From: Candidatus Velthaea sp.
Lineage (GTDB): Bacteria > Vulcanimicrobiota > Vulcanimicrobiia > Vulcanimicrobiales > Vulcanimicrobiaceae
Direction: 5' to 3'
DNA: 64,000 nucleotides
Assembly: GCA_965214935.1 (NCBI GenBank)
Contig: CBDCCS010000022.1
Coordinates: 512,001-576,000 of the forward strand
In this document: one piece after another, positions 1 to 9,940 of the stretch
Position numbering within the stretch: position 1 is the first letter of the stretch
Layout of the letters: the number at the start of each line of letters is the position of its first letter
Program-made: the position numbers and the translations under genes
Notes under the pieces: model-generated
What the model was told of the DNA's origin: nothing
Databases searched by the model: none
Seen by the model: the letters and a program-made list of their open reading frames with translations, nothing else

Positions 1-482
1 GAAAAATTCGAGCAGCCGATATAGCGGACTTTCCCCGAGCGCACGAGCGTATCGAGCGTTTCGAGCGTCTCTTCGATCGGTGTTTGCGCGTCGAAACCGT
101 GCATTTGCAGAATGTCGATATACTCCGTGCCTAAGCGCCGTAAACTCGCTTCGACCGCGGGGATCATGCGAAAGCGCGAGCTGCCTGCCTCATTGGGACC
201 CGGTCCCATCGGAAATGTCGTTTTGGTGGAGATCATGACGGCGTCGCGCCGGCCGGCAATGGCTTTACCCAGGATTTCTTCCGACATGCCGCCCGAGTAA
301 ACGTCGGCGGTATCGAACAAATTGACGCCCGCATCGATGCAGAGATCGGCTAGCCGCGTTGCTTCTTTGACATCCGAAGAACCCCAGGCGCGAAAGAATT
401 CATTGCTGCCGCCGAAGGTTGCCGTGCCCATGGAAAGCAGCGGAACTTTGAGTCCGCTGCGCCCGAGTTGTCGAAATTCCAT
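1..482 (-). CDS. Aldo/keto reductase (3' end runs off the window)
   Basis: Manual translation gives MEFRQLGRSGLKVPLLSMGTATFGG...FDTADVYSGGMSEEILGKA...ISTK...SLRRLGTEYIDILQMH; AAGGAG RBS before the ATG. Confidence 0.9.
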   Translation of the reverse strand, partial: MEFRQLGRSGLKVPLLSMGTATFGGSNEFFRAWGSSDVKEATRLADLCIDAGVNLFDTADVYSGGMSEEILGKAIAGRRDAVMISTKTTFPMGPGPNEAGSSRFRMIPAVEASLRRLGTEYIDILQMHGFDAQTPIEETLETLDTLVRSGKVRYIGCSNF

Positions 483-506
483 CGTGCTCCTTTGTTCGCG
501 TTTACG

Positions 507-1577
507 TTAGTATTGGCCGGGATCGGCGTCGATCGCCGCACGATACAAGCGATAGGGGCGAACGCGCAAATCTTGCCCGTTGTTAAAATTCGGCGCGCGG
601 TTGAGCTGACTGTCCGTTATGTAGATGAGCCGATCGGGACCTAGGCGGACGGCGTCGGGCCAGCGCATGAATCCCGTGCCGCCGAGCAGCGTTTCGAACC
701 GGTTTTCTTGCGGCAAATACCGGCGGACCGTACCGTTCGTGACATCGGTAAAGTAGACGCGGCCTTCACGATCGGCATCCAACCCGTCCGAAGCGAAATC
801 GCGCACACCGCGATCGACCACATGCCGCGCGATCTGCTCGTCGTTCGCGGTCGGTTCGCACAAAATATCGGTCTCGATGCTAAAAAAACCATAGGTACCC
901 AGCGGCGTCCACCAGAGCGTTTTTCCGTCCGGCGAAATCGCGATACCGTCGATGCCGCCGGATGCGGCGATCGGACCGGTTTCCGTTGCGATACCAAAGC
1001 CGGGCGGAATCGCGGCATGGACGCTTGGATGCCCGCTCAAACGGCGCCAGCTCTTACCGCTGTCGAGATCGACGACGATGATTGCATTGGGTCCTTGCGC
1101 TCCGGAATCGCTGATGAACGCGAAGCCGGCCTTACCGCGGCTGTAATCGATCACGAGATCGTTGAGATACGTCGTCGGCAATACGACATCGTGCGAAAAG
1201 CCGATGCCGTGCACGATTGCATCGCGATCGAGATCGATCACCCACAGCTTTGCGGCCGCCGGATCGCAGGCATCGAGCGCATAGGCGCCCGTATCGAGGA
1301 CCAGGAGCCGATTCCCGGGGCCGATCGTGATTCCGTGAACGGAGACAAAGCGATGACCGCGGTCGGTTTCATCGATCGTATTGACGGCCTCATCCGGAAA
1401 CGGAACGGCAACCCCGTTCCGCAGTTCGGCTAGCGTCGGCGTTGCTTTGCGCTCGTCGAGTCGCGGAAAACTCACGAAGATCCGCCCGCTGCGCGACACG
1501 GCGATGCCTGACGGCCAGAACTCCGGAAACTCCGCGATAACTTCCGGCTTGATGCCGGCATTGATCGGTATGTTCAT
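507..1577 (-). CDS. Major royal jelly protein/yellow-family beta-propeller protein
   Basis: SGIAVSRSGRIFVSFPR, LLVLDTG, YLNDLVID, AFISDSG, DGIAISPDG and WPD motifs. Start taken at MNIPIN because the longer ORF overlaps the opposite-strand peptidase. Confidence 0.8.
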   Translation of the reverse strand: MNIPINAGIKPEVIAEFPEFWPSGIAVSRSGRIFVSFPRLDERKATPTLAELRNGVAVPFPDEAVNTIDETDRGHRFVSVHGITIGPGNRLLVLDTGAYALDACDPAAAKLWVIDLDRDAIVHGIGFSHDVVLPTTYLNDLVIDYSRGKAGFAFISDSGAQGPNAIIVVDLDSGKSWRRLSGHPSVHAAIPPGFGIATETGPIAASGGIDGIAISPDGKTLWWTPLGTYGFFSIETDILCEPTANDEQIARHVVDRGVRDFASDGLDADREGRVYFTDVTNGTVRRYLPQENRFETLLGGTGFMRWPDAVRLGPDRLIYITDSQLNRAPNFNNGQDLRVRPYRLYRAAIDADPGQY

Positions 1578-1646
1578 GCCGTAGCGCTTACCCAACCCGT
1601 TACAACGCGCGCCGGTAATCGGCGCCGCGCGTGAGAACAGCAACGC

Positions 1647-3032
1647 ATGCGCCCAACAACAATGTCTCGCGTTGCCTTTGCCTTGGCAGTACTGCTGGGC
1701 GCACCCCTCGGCGCTCAAGAGTTGCCGCCGCCGTGCGCCGTAGTCAGGCCGCTGGCCGGTCCCGCCGCCGAACCACCGATCGTTGCGGCGATCGCGCGGA
1801 TTTCGCCCGAGCGTTTGCGTGCAATCGATGCGCACCTCGTTGCCTTCGGCACGCGCAGCACGTTCTCGGAACGGAGCGGCTCCAAACGCGGCGTTTTCGC
1901 GGCGCGCGGCTGGATTGCCGGCCAGTTCGGAGCGATCGCGCGCACGACGCACGGTCGCATGACGGTCGCCTACGACACCTACGTGCAACACCCGGACGGC
2001 CGAACGGTCACGCGCGACGTTACCATTTCGAGCGTTATCGCAACGTTGCGCGGCGACGAATCCGACACGCGTGCCTATGTGATGTCGAGTCATTTCGACT
2101 CACGCAACACCGACAACGCGGACGGCAGCGGCGATGCACCCGGCGCCGACGACAACGGCTCGGGCACTGCCGCTGTGCTCGAAGCGGCGCGTGTACTGGC
2201 GCCGCTGCATCTGCATGCAACGATCATTTTTGCAACGTTCGACGCCGAAGAACAGGGCCTGTTCGGTTCGGCCCATTTCGCTCAAGCGTTGAAAACTGCC
2301 GGCACCGACGTCCAAGGCGATTTAAACAACGACATCATCGGTGCGTCGGCCGGACCCGGCGGCGCAAACAACCCCCATCGTGTTCGCATCTTCTCCGAAG
2401 CACTCGCCGCCGGCAGCGACATCGTGCGCGTCAATTTGATCGGCAATGAGAACGATTCGGCCTCACGTGAACTCGCGCGGTTCGTAAGAACAACGGGCGA
2501 CGCGTATGCGACCGATTTGCAAGGCGTCTTAATTGCACGCGCCGACCGTTTTTTGCGCGGCGGCGATCACGAGTCGTTCAATGCCGCCGGTTTTGCGGCG
2601 ATCCGCTTTACCGAACCCGTTGAGAACTTCGCCCATCAGCATCAGAACGTGCGCATCGAAAACGGCGTGCAGTACGGCGATCTCGAACGATACGTCGATT
2701 TCGCGTATCTCGCCCGTGTGGCACGCTACAATGCAGCGAATCTTGCCCAACTTGCATTGGGTCCCGGCCGGCCGCCCGACGCGGTCATACAGATCAAATC
2801 GCTGACCAATGAAACGACGCTATCGTGGACGAGCGTGCCCGGCGCCGCGAGCTATGAAATCGTCCGCCGCGCAACCACCGACGCGGATTGGACGCTGGCA
2901 ACCGATGCCGGCGGCGGCACGACGATCACGTTGCCTTTCTCGAAAGACGATTGGCTCTTCGGCGTGCGGGCTGTCGACCCGCAAGGGCGGCGCAGCGTCG
3001 TGGCTTTTCCGACGCCGCGCCGCGACCTTTAG
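1647..3032 (+). CDS. M28 family metallo-aminopeptidase, secreted, with C-terminal Fn3-like region
   Basis: Signal peptide; SSHFDSR, APGADDNGSG, AEEQGLFGS, NNDIIG and RGGDH zinc-ligand motifs. Confidence 0.9.
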   Translation: MRPTTMSRVAFALAVLLGAPLGAQELPPPCAVVRPLAGPAAEPPIVAAIARISPERLRAIDAHLVAFGTRSTFSERSGSKRGVFAARGWIAGQFGAIARTTHGRMTVAYDTYVQHPDGRTVTRDVTISSVIATLRGDESDTRAYVMSSHFDSRNTDNADGSGDAPGADDNGSGTAAVLEAARVLAPLHLHATIIFATFDAEEQGLFGSAHFAQALKTAGTDVQGDLNNDIIGASAGPGGANNPHRVRIFSEALAAGSDIVRVNLIGNENDSASRELARFVRTTGDAYATDLQGVLIARADRFLRGGDHESFNAAGFAAIRFTEPVENFAHQHQNVRIENGVQYGDLERYVDFAYLARVARYNAANLAQLALGPGRPPDAVIQIKSLTNETTLSWTSVPGAASYEIVRRATTDADWTLATDAGGGTTITLPFSKDDWLFGVRAVDPQGRRSVVAFPTPRRDL

Positions 3033-4672
3033 CGCAGGCCGAACTCCGCAACGCCGTTTCCGGCGCCCGGCACGAACACATGACCGTCTGCGACCGTCGG
3101 CGTGAGGAACGCATCGCCCATCGAGAGCCAGTTACCGACCGCCCCGGAGAACAGCGTCTTATGCAAATCGAGCGCGTCGTAGGCGTATAGCTGGAATGCC
3201 TGCCCGGCCATCACACGTGTCGTCGCCCACACGACGGCGGTGCCGGGTCGCGTTCCGTCGGACGATACCGCCGGAATCTCACCGCCTTCGCCCGGAAAAA
3301 CGTTACTGGTTTGCGATGTTGCCGTCAGGTGTGGAGTACCGGCGGTGCTGAGTTTGAAGGCAACCATCGGCTGCATCGTTGCGCCCCAGTACACGATGCC
3401 GTTGTAGTAGGCCGGACCGCCGTAAAGCGCATTCTGCATCGGCTCGAGCGGGATCGTCTGGAGTGGTTTGGCGTGCGAGGCGTCGCCGCCCAGCCGGTCG
3501 CGGTCGAGCAGGAACACAAGGCCGTCCTTTTCGCCCGAAACCGCGAGTCGGCGTCCCGGCGTGTCCCGATCGGGGACGAGCATGACACCGGCCGAACCGA
3601 CGTCTTGATCGTTGATCGTCAGCGTTTTCTGCGTGTTCGGCGTAAAATAATCGCGCACGCGCAGATTCGGAGATAAGCCCAGGATGCTTTCCGAATAGCT
3701 CGAGTGCCCGGCATTCGCGTCGAACGTTCCGTTGCCGGTTGCGACGTAGATGTTGCCGCCGGCATCGACCGACGGCGCGTACGTGGACTGCCAGATCGCG
3801 CCGAGATACGTGTTGGACGATGTTGCGGTCGTGTTGAAGATTGCGCGCTGCGCGAGCGTGTGCGCGTCATAGGCAAATAACCAGCCGTGAACGGAACCCG
3901 GCACGCGGTCGCAACTGCTGCCGAATGCAACGTAGATCGCGCCGTTCGCAAAGACCAGACCCGGCCGGTTTTGATGCCGCTGCGCATTGAAGCTAATCTG
4001 GCTGCCGTCTTCGTTTGTAACCGTTCCGCCGATGTCGGCCGGCGCAAAGCGGTCGCGCCCGTCGTAGAGCTTGAGTGCATGCAAACGATTATGATAGGTG
4101 ATGTTCGCGCCGCTGGTCACTTGGATCTTGTCGACGCCGTACAAGGTATTTGTTTTCGGATCGATCACCGGCGTCGATGAAACGCCGATCGTCGGCGTGA
4201 TCGACGAGCAGCCGGACACCGAGTCAAGCGTAACGGCCGAAATACCCTTCGCGGCATTGACCGCGGTGCGGCGCCAGATCAGTTTTCCATCATCGGCATC
4301 GTAAGCGTAAACGCTATCGTTCTCGGTCGCGATGATGACGGTATTGTGCGTGCCGAACTCCGTTTTAAGGTGCGGAACGTACAGCGGTTGAGCATAGACG
4401 ACGCCGTCGGCGGCAAGATAGCGCAAATAGCCGAAGCGTGAGGAGTGCACCGTCGCAGTGGATAGCTTGGTCTCGGTCGGATTCCAGCCGGTGCGCGAGT
4501 TATCGTAATGATAGGTATAGTAGCCGGTATCGAGCGGCGCGGCAGCGCCCGGTGGTGCGGATGTCGCGGACGATACGGATTGCACGGTGACGGCGGCCAT
4601 GATTGCGGCCGCCGTTGTTAAGCGAAGCGGGGCAGACAGCACGAAAACCTCATTGCTGGACGGCAGAATCAT
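3029..4672 (-). CDS. Secreted PQQ-like beta-propeller repeat protein
   Basis: TYHYDNSRTGWN, DGVVYAQPLY, ATENDSVYAYDAD, STPVID, IWQS, YVATGNG and TPTVADGHVFV motifs. Confidence 0.75.
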   Translation of the reverse strand: MILPSSNEVFVLSAPLRLTTAAAIMAAVTVQSVSSATSAPPGAAAPLDTGYYTYHYDNSRTGWNPTETKLSTATVHSSRFGYLRYLAADGVVYAQPLYVPHLKTEFGTHNTVIIATENDSVYAYDADDGKLIWRRTAVNAAKGISAVTLDSVSGCSSITPTIGVSSTPVIDPKTNTLYGVDKIQVTSGANITYHNRLHALKLYDGRDRFAPADIGGTVTNEDGSQISFNAQRHQNRPGLVFANGAIYVAFGSSCDRVPGSVHGWLFAYDAHTLAQRAIFNTTATSSNTYLGAIWQSTYAPSVDAGGNIYVATGNGTFDANAGHSSYSESILGLSPNLRVRDYFTPNTQKTLTINDQDVGSAGVMLVPDRDTPGRRLAVSGEKDGLVFLLDRDRLGGDASHAKPLQTIPLEPMQNALYGGPAYYNGIVYWGATMQPMVAFKLSTAGTPHLTATSQTSNVFPGEGGEIPAVSSDGTRPGTAVVWATTRVMAGQAFQLYAYDALDLHKTLFSGAVGNWLSMGDAFLTPTVADGHVFVPGAGNGVAEFGLR

Positions 4673-4764
4673 GGAAGATTCGCCTCAATCCGATGCGGCA
4701 ACGGCCGGCTTGCTAATCACGCTTGACTGGTCACGAATGCGGCCGGAACGGCCGCACCCGGCAT

Positions 4765-5049
4765 TCAGGGTTCGGCGATAGCATCGATCGCTGCCACCAG
4801 CGCAAAATCGCGCGCGGAGATACCGGCTATGTCGTGCGACCAGCTGCGGATCACGACTTCATTCCACGATAGTGCAAGATCCGGATGATGATCGAGTTCG
4901 TTCGCGAGCGCTGCAACGCGATTGACAAACCGAATCGAACCGTCGAACGTGCGGCAATCGAACGTGCGCAACAGCGCGCTGCCGTCGAAGCTCCAGCCGG
5001 GATGCCGTTGCAGTTCGTGCCGGATCTCGTCGTCGCCGAAGCGGTTCAA
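4765..5049 (-). CDS. phhB: Pterin-4-alpha-carbinolamine dehydratase
   Basis: FVNRVAALANELDHHPDL...WSHDIAGISARDFALV; TTG start immediately after the hemL stop. Confidence 0.85.
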   Translation of the reverse strand: MNRFGDDEIRHELQRHPGWSFDGSALLRTFDCRTFDGSIRFVNRVAALANELDHHPDLALSWNEVVIRSWSHDIAGISARDFALVAAIDAIAEP

Positions 5050-5050
5050 T

Positions 5051-6319
5051 TCACACGTAGCCCGCGAAACGCAGTTCGCGCAGCGACTCGTCGATCGCCG
5101 CGACGGTCTCGTCAATGTCGGCGGCCGTATGCGCCGTCGATACAAACATGACTTCATTCGGCGAGGGTGCGAGCAAGACACCGCGTCGGCGTAACGCATG
5201 ATAGAACGCTGCAAAAGCCGGCGCGTCGGCTTGCCGTGCATCATCGTAATTACGGCTTGCCGGACCACGCCGGAACTTGAAGTCGACGATCGATTCGAGT
5301 TGCACGACCGCAAACGGCAGATCGAGCGCTGCAAGGCAGCGCCGGATACCCGCTGCTAGCCGGCGCGCGTTGCCGTCCATCGCTGCGTAGCACTCAGGAT
5401 GCGTCTCAAGCCAGTCGAGAGTCCGCAGGCCCAGGGCAACGCCGAACGGATTACCGGCGTGCGTACCGCCGGTAAAACACGGGCCGTCCGGTGCCAGCAC
5501 CGCCATGACGTCGGCGCGGCCGCCGAAGGCTGCCAGCGGCGTCCCGCCGCCGAGAATTTTACCGACCGTCGTTAAATCGGGCGTCACTTCGGCGAGCGCC
5601 TGCGCACCGCCGAGACCAAGCCGCAGCCAAGTGATGATTTCATCGAAGATCAGCAGCGCGCCGAGCCGATGCGCTCGCGCTTGCAATCCCGCGAGAAAGC
5701 CGGGCTCGGGTAAAACAAGTCCCATGTTGCCGACGACCGGCTCGACTAAAAACGCTGCCGGCAGCGATGCCGCCGCTGCTAAAAGCGTATCGACCGCCGC
5801 CAGATCGTTATAGGGCGCAACCAGCAAATCGTTTGTGATTGCGGCCGGAATCCCAGCCGCTTGAGCGGATTGCGTATGTGCCGATGCGCCGGCGGCCAGC
5901 AGCGCGAGATCGAAGTGTCCGTGATAGTTCCCGGCAAATTTCAGTATCGTCGTCCGCCCCGTATAGGCGCGTGCAACGCGAACCGCACTCATGACGGCCT
6001 CGCTGCCCGTGGTGCAAAAGCGCACCCGCTCCATCGACGGCAGATGCGTTGCGATGCGCGCCGCGAGCCGGAATTCATCGGGTGTCGTCGATCCGAACAC
6101 GAGGCCGCGCTCGGCAATTGCATCTAAATTTGTTGCAAGTGCCGGATGCGCGTGGCCCAGCAACAGCGGACCGTAGGCCATGACAAAGTCGATATACCGC
6201 CGGCCGGCTTCATCGTAGGCATAAGCGCCACGGCCGGCCGACTGGACGAACGGTGCGCCGCCGACGGCGTGACCCGTCCGGACGGGAGAACTTGCGCCTC
6301 CGGCAAGCACCGGATGCAC
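5051..6319 (-). CDS. hemL: Glutamate-1-semialdehyde 2,1-aminomutase (start uncertain, 6319 or 6373)
   Basis: GGASSPVR, YIDFVMAYGPLLLGH, GNYHGH, EPVVGNMG, LIFDEI and DLTTVGKILGGG (PLP lysine). Confidence 0.88.
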   Translation of the reverse strand: MHPVLAGGASSPVRTGHAVGGAPFVQSAGRGAYAYDEAGRRYIDFVMAYGPLLLGHAHPALATNLDAIAERGLVFGSTTPDEFRLAARIATHLPSMERVRFCTTGSEAVMSAVRVARAYTGRTTILKFAGNYHGHFDLALLAAGASAHTQSAQAAGIPAAITNDLLVAPYNDLAAVDTLLAAAASLPAAFLVEPVVGNMGLVLPEPGFLAGLQARAHRLGALLIFDEIITWLRLGLGGAQALAEVTPDLTTVGKILGGGTPLAAFGGRADVMAVLAPDGPCFTGGTHAGNPFGVALGLRTLDWLETHPECYAAMDGNARRLAAGIRRCLAALDLPFAVVQLESIVDFKFRRGPASRNYDDARQADAPAFAAFYHALRRRGVLLAPSPNEVMFVSTAHTAADIDETVAAIDESLRELRFAGYV

Positions 6320-6327
6320 TTCGACCG

Positions 6328-6732
6328 CTAGATCGCTAGCGATGGCTCCGCCACATTCGTGCGGATAACGCAAATCGTTGCCCGGTCGACGTCGTTTGCA
6401 AGGCGGACGAACACGACGCTGACCCGCTGCGGTCCGCGCGGGAACGGAAAAATAAACTCGAACGGCTCGATACTCATGTTTGCCGAATCGAGAAAGTCGC
6501 CGAATCGCCCTTGGAATTCACGAATCGCCGTACATGGTGCGACGTCGGTGAAAAAGTTCAAACCAATGACGGTTCGCGAGCCGAGGCCGGCCAACGATCG
6601 TTCGTACGCATTGTACTCAAGAATCGTCCCGGTTCGATCGACGACGATGACGCCGAACGGTGCAGCGTCGAGTTCAACGCCGTGAAGTTGTTGAATTTTA
6701 TCGAGATCGAAGGCCTGGAAAGCGCCGCTCAC
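6328..6732 (-). CDS. pyp: Photoactive yellow protein (PYP)
   Basis: PFGVIVVD..GTILEYNAYE...VIGLNFFTDVAPCT keeps the Y42, E46 and C69 equivalents. GGAG RBS before GTG at 6732; alternative ATG at 6756. Confidence 0.88.
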   Translation of the reverse strand: MSGAFQAFDLDKIQQLHGVELDAAPFGVIVVDRTGTILEYNAYERSLAGLGSRTVIGLNFFTDVAPCTAIREFQGRFGDFLDSANMSIEPFEFIFPFPRGPQRVSVVFVRLANDVDRATICVIRTNVAEPSLAI

Positions 6733-6894
6733 ATCATCTCCAATCAAAGCGCGCATGGAATCATCGCCCGGGTAAGCGGTATCGCGGAGCGTGACGATCC
6801 GCGCATGAAGCCGCTCGAGCGTTGCGGCATCCGCGCGGGCATCGCGCCGGGCCTCGGTTGCTGCAAGCAGCGCGAGTCTTGGCCGGTCGATCGA

Positions 6895-8463
6895 TCAACG
6901 TCCCGGCGCATAGCGCGCGGTTATTTCATCGATGACGCTGCGGTCGACGTCCGTTCCGCGTTCGCGCGCAAGTTTCTCCGCCTCGGCGCGCAGTTTTTTA
7001 TTTACCGACACGCGCACGAAGAACGGTACGCGCTTGAGCGTGACCTCGGTGATTTGCTTGGCTTCAGCGGTCCAAGTGATAACGCTATTGGGACCCTTAC
7101 CGCTTCGTTCGACGACGCCGGGTGCCGACGCCAGCAGTTGGGCGGTCGGCACTTCAACTTTGACCGGCGGCACGGCCGAAGTCGGCAAGTTGGCGAATAG
7201 GACGTCGAAGAGCCCTTCGCATACGACTTGCAGCAGCCACACCGCACCGGCGTAGCCCATGTAGGGCGTACCGGGTGCACGGCGTACGACGGCACCGGGA
7301 AACGACGACTGCATGAAAAGCGCCGGCAGTTTTTCTTGGGCGATGATCATACGCTCGTTGATCGAGCCGAACACCATCATCGGCGACGGGCTCAAATCGC
7401 GCAACGCCGCGCGAACCGCCTGGTTTGGTGCGCTTTCCGCGCCGGTACGGTACGCGCTAAAGGCGATCGGCAGTCCGAGCTCGCCGCCGAGATACGACTC
7501 CAAGCCGTCTTTGTAGGTCGGCGGTGCGACGATTGCGATCGGTGCGTTGGCGAAGAAATCGCTATGGGTCGACTTCCATATGTCTTGCCACGCCGCCAGC
7601 GTCGTTTTTTTCTCCAGCGCGATAAATGCATCGGCGTTCGCCCGCAGCCCGAGCGCGTCGCCGAGACCTTCCAAAAAATCCGTCGTCGGTTCGAGACCCA
7701 TCGGTCCGTAAAATGTCGGCAGGCCGATTTCACGTGCGAGCGATTTGCCGTACTCGGCATACATCACGATCGTCGCATCGGCATCGGCTAAGTGCGGCGT
7801 ATCGTAGCTCGCGGACTCGAACGGAAAGACGCAATTCAGGTCGGCACCGATCCCGGCCACCAAACGCTTTATTTCCGCTAGATCGCTATACGAATTGAAG
7901 TTTCCGTACGTCGGTCCGATAATGTTGACGCGCGGCTTGACGCGCGGCGGATGCAGCGCAACACCCGCCGGCCGCACGAAATGTTCGCGGTGTTCCCAAA
8001 GAAAAAGCAACGCCCGGTCGCGCGACTTCCACTCGTCATCGTCGAGCGAATGGCTGTCGAAAAATAAGGCGGAACCTTTGACGTCGGCATCCATCGTCGT
8101 CCACGAAGCGCCGATCAATTCGGACATCGGCGTTGAAACGATGAACACCTGACGGCCGTCGGCGCCGGCTCGCGCGACTTTCTCCTTGAGCACACCGAGC
8201 GTCCCGGCGATCGTCACTTCCGTCTCGGAAAGCTCCGAGCACGTGACGTTTTGCAAATACGGAATGCAATCGGTGTAATTGATAACGGCAACCGCGGGCA
8301 TCACGTGACAGCCGACCGGCCCGTCGAGAACGACGTTCGAATCACGCAGCGATGCGAAGACCTGCATCCCGCCGGTATCACCGCCCGCATGATCCAGATC
8401 GGTAACACGCTTTCGAATCGGCGTGTTGACGATATCGCTGACCAGCTCTTTTTGCGCAGCCAT
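6895..8463 (-). CDS. bchZ: Chlorophyllide a reductase subunit Z
   Basis: DLDHAGG, VLDGPVGC, VNIIGPTYGNFN.YSDLAEIKRLV.GIGA, GTPYMGYAGA and C-terminal PFFVR domain; follows bchXY. Confidence 0.92.
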   Translation of the reverse strand: MAAQKELVSDIVNTPIRKRVTDLDHAGGDTGGMQVFASLRDSNVVLDGPVGCHVMPAVAVINYTDCIPYLQNVTCSELSETEVTIAGTLGVLKEKVARAGADGRQVFIVSTPMSELIGASWTTMDADVKGSALFFDSHSLDDDEWKSRDRALLFLWEHREHFVRPAGVALHPPRVKPRVNIIGPTYGNFNSYSDLAEIKRLVAGIGADLNCVFPFESASYDTPHLADADATIVMYAEYGKSLAREIGLPTFYGPMGLEPTTDFLEGLGDALGLRANADAFIALEKKTTLAAWQDIWKSTHSDFFANAPIAIVAPPTYKDGLESYLGGELGLPIAFSAYRTGAESAPNQAVRAALRDLSPSPMMVFGSINERMIIAQEKLPALFMQSSFPGAVVRRAPGTPYMGYAGAVWLLQVVCEGLFDVLFANLPTSAVPPVKVEVPTAQLLASAPGVVERSGKGPNSVITWTAEAKQITEVTLKRVPFFVRVSVNKKLRAEAEKLARERGTDVDRSVIDEITARYAPGR

Positions 8464-8497
8464 CAGCCGATACTCGCGGCGCGCCGAAAGTCGCCGG

Positions 8498-9841
8498 TCA
8501 CGGGGTTTTGCCCGGGGTGCTCGCCGCTGCGCGAGCCGGTGCGAATGTCTCGTTGGCGATTAAATGTTCGGTCAGATCGATCTTGGGCGCCCAAGCCGAA
8601 TAACTACGGTTCGGCGTACCCGTCTCGCTGAAAAAGCTGGCAATTTTATGATAGCGAGCCTTGCTGCGATACGTCGCGAGCATCAGCGACAAAATTTCGC
8701 TTGCACCTTGTGCGAACATCAGCGAGCGCGTCGCCATCGCATTGGTATAATAGATCGACGGAATTCCCAGTTCTTTGGCGTGCGCGCATAACGGCGTCGT
8801 CCCGATCACGCAATCGTACGGATGATCTTCAAGCGCCCCGATCTCATCGTCGAAGTTCGCTCCGTACAAAACCGTACAGCCGTGCTCGCGCAGCCACGCT
8901 TCTTCTTCGCGCGCCAACGGATTCGAGTTGACGGCCGTCGATAGATACGGCACGTTCGCGCCCGCTTCGATCAACAACCGCACGAGGAGAAACTCATGGC
9001 CTTCGTAACCGGCGACCATGAACGTCAACCCGTTCAGCGGGTAATCCGCCATCGCCGCGACGACTTTATCCCGCTCTTCGGCCGCAACCGCCTCGACGGT
9101 CGCTGCATCGAGCTTCAACGCCGCCCCGACACCGCGAATCCAACCGTAGGTGCCGTCGATACCGACCGGAGCGCCTTCAATGAACGGCAAGCCCTGCTTC
9201 ATCTTCATCCGCTTGACGCTCTCGGAGTAAAACGGATGCAGCGGCGCATTGAGCGCACCGTCGACCATCGCGACGTAATCCGACCAGCGCGGCCCGGGCA
9301 CATGGGTATTCACGTGCGTACCGATGCGCCGTAGAACTTCGTCGATGGCAATCGGATCGCTGGGAAACAACTCGCCGATTAAATTAACGCCCGACCGCGT
9401 CTTACGCTGCGGCGGCAAACGCCACACCAGCGAATCGACGACGATATCCTTCGCCCGCGCGTGCGTGTGCACGCTATACGCCGGCAGCGGCACGTAGATG
9501 ATTTCCGTGTTGCCGATCTGCTTGGGCAACAGATCGAACGGCAGCCCGACGGTATCCGAAACACACAACGAACAAATCGGAATAATCGAGGGTTGATGCT
9601 GTTCGGCCATTTCATGGACCATCGCCTTGAGCTCGTCGAAAACCGAGCCTTTGGCCCAAATCTCCGAACTCACGCCGGGCGAAAACACCGGCCGATTCGC
9701 CACATAAAAGTGCGCCACGAACGTATGCCCGTACAAGCACCCGTCACCCGACGAAATCACGATGGGCATCGCATCTTCCATACGCAGCAAATTGCGAACC
9801 GCCCCAAACGCCGGACACATCGAAGAAGCCTGCTTACTCAA
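8498..9841 (-). CDS. bchY: Chlorophyllide a reductase subunit Y
   Basis: SMCPAFG, GCLYG.TFVAHFY, SLCV, GELFPSDP, GYEGHE and GTTP motifs. Confidence 0.92.
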   Translation of the reverse strand: MSKQASSMCPAFGAVRNLLRMEDAMPIVISSGDGCLYGHTFVAHFYVANRPVFSPGVSSEIWAKGSVFDELKAMVHEMAEQHQPSIIPICSLCVSDTVGLPFDLLPKQIGNTEIIYVPLPAYSVHTHARAKDIVVDSLVWRLPPQRKTRSGVNLIGELFPSDPIAIDEVLRRIGTHVNTHVPGPRWSDYVAMVDGALNAPLHPFYSESVKRMKMKQGLPFIEGAPVGIDGTYGWIRGVGAALKLDAATVEAVAAEERDKVVAAMADYPLNGLTFMVAGYEGHEFLLVRLLIEAGANVPYLSTAVNSNPLAREEEAWLREHGCTVLYGANFDDEIGALEDHPYDCVIGTTPLCAHAKELGIPSIYYTNAMATRSLMFAQGASEILSLMLATYRSKARYHKIASFFSETGTPNRSYSAWAPKIDLTEHLIANETFAPARAAASTPGKTP

Positions 9842-9940
9842 CCCAACCCACCCTCAAAACAAAATAGCCCACCAACCAAACCCCAAACCCAACCTGCAGC
9901 CCCACCCGGCCTCACCTCCGCCCCGCCGGCGACCCACCAA

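Noticed and set aside
1578..2093. N-terminal extension of the 528-aa ORF
   Set aside because: Antisense shadow of the M28 peptidase; family similarity begins only at MNIPIN.
6790..6805. Possible Crp box CGTGA-N6-GCGCA upstream of pyp
   Set aside because: Degenerate right half and no -10 at class-II spacing; too weak to call.
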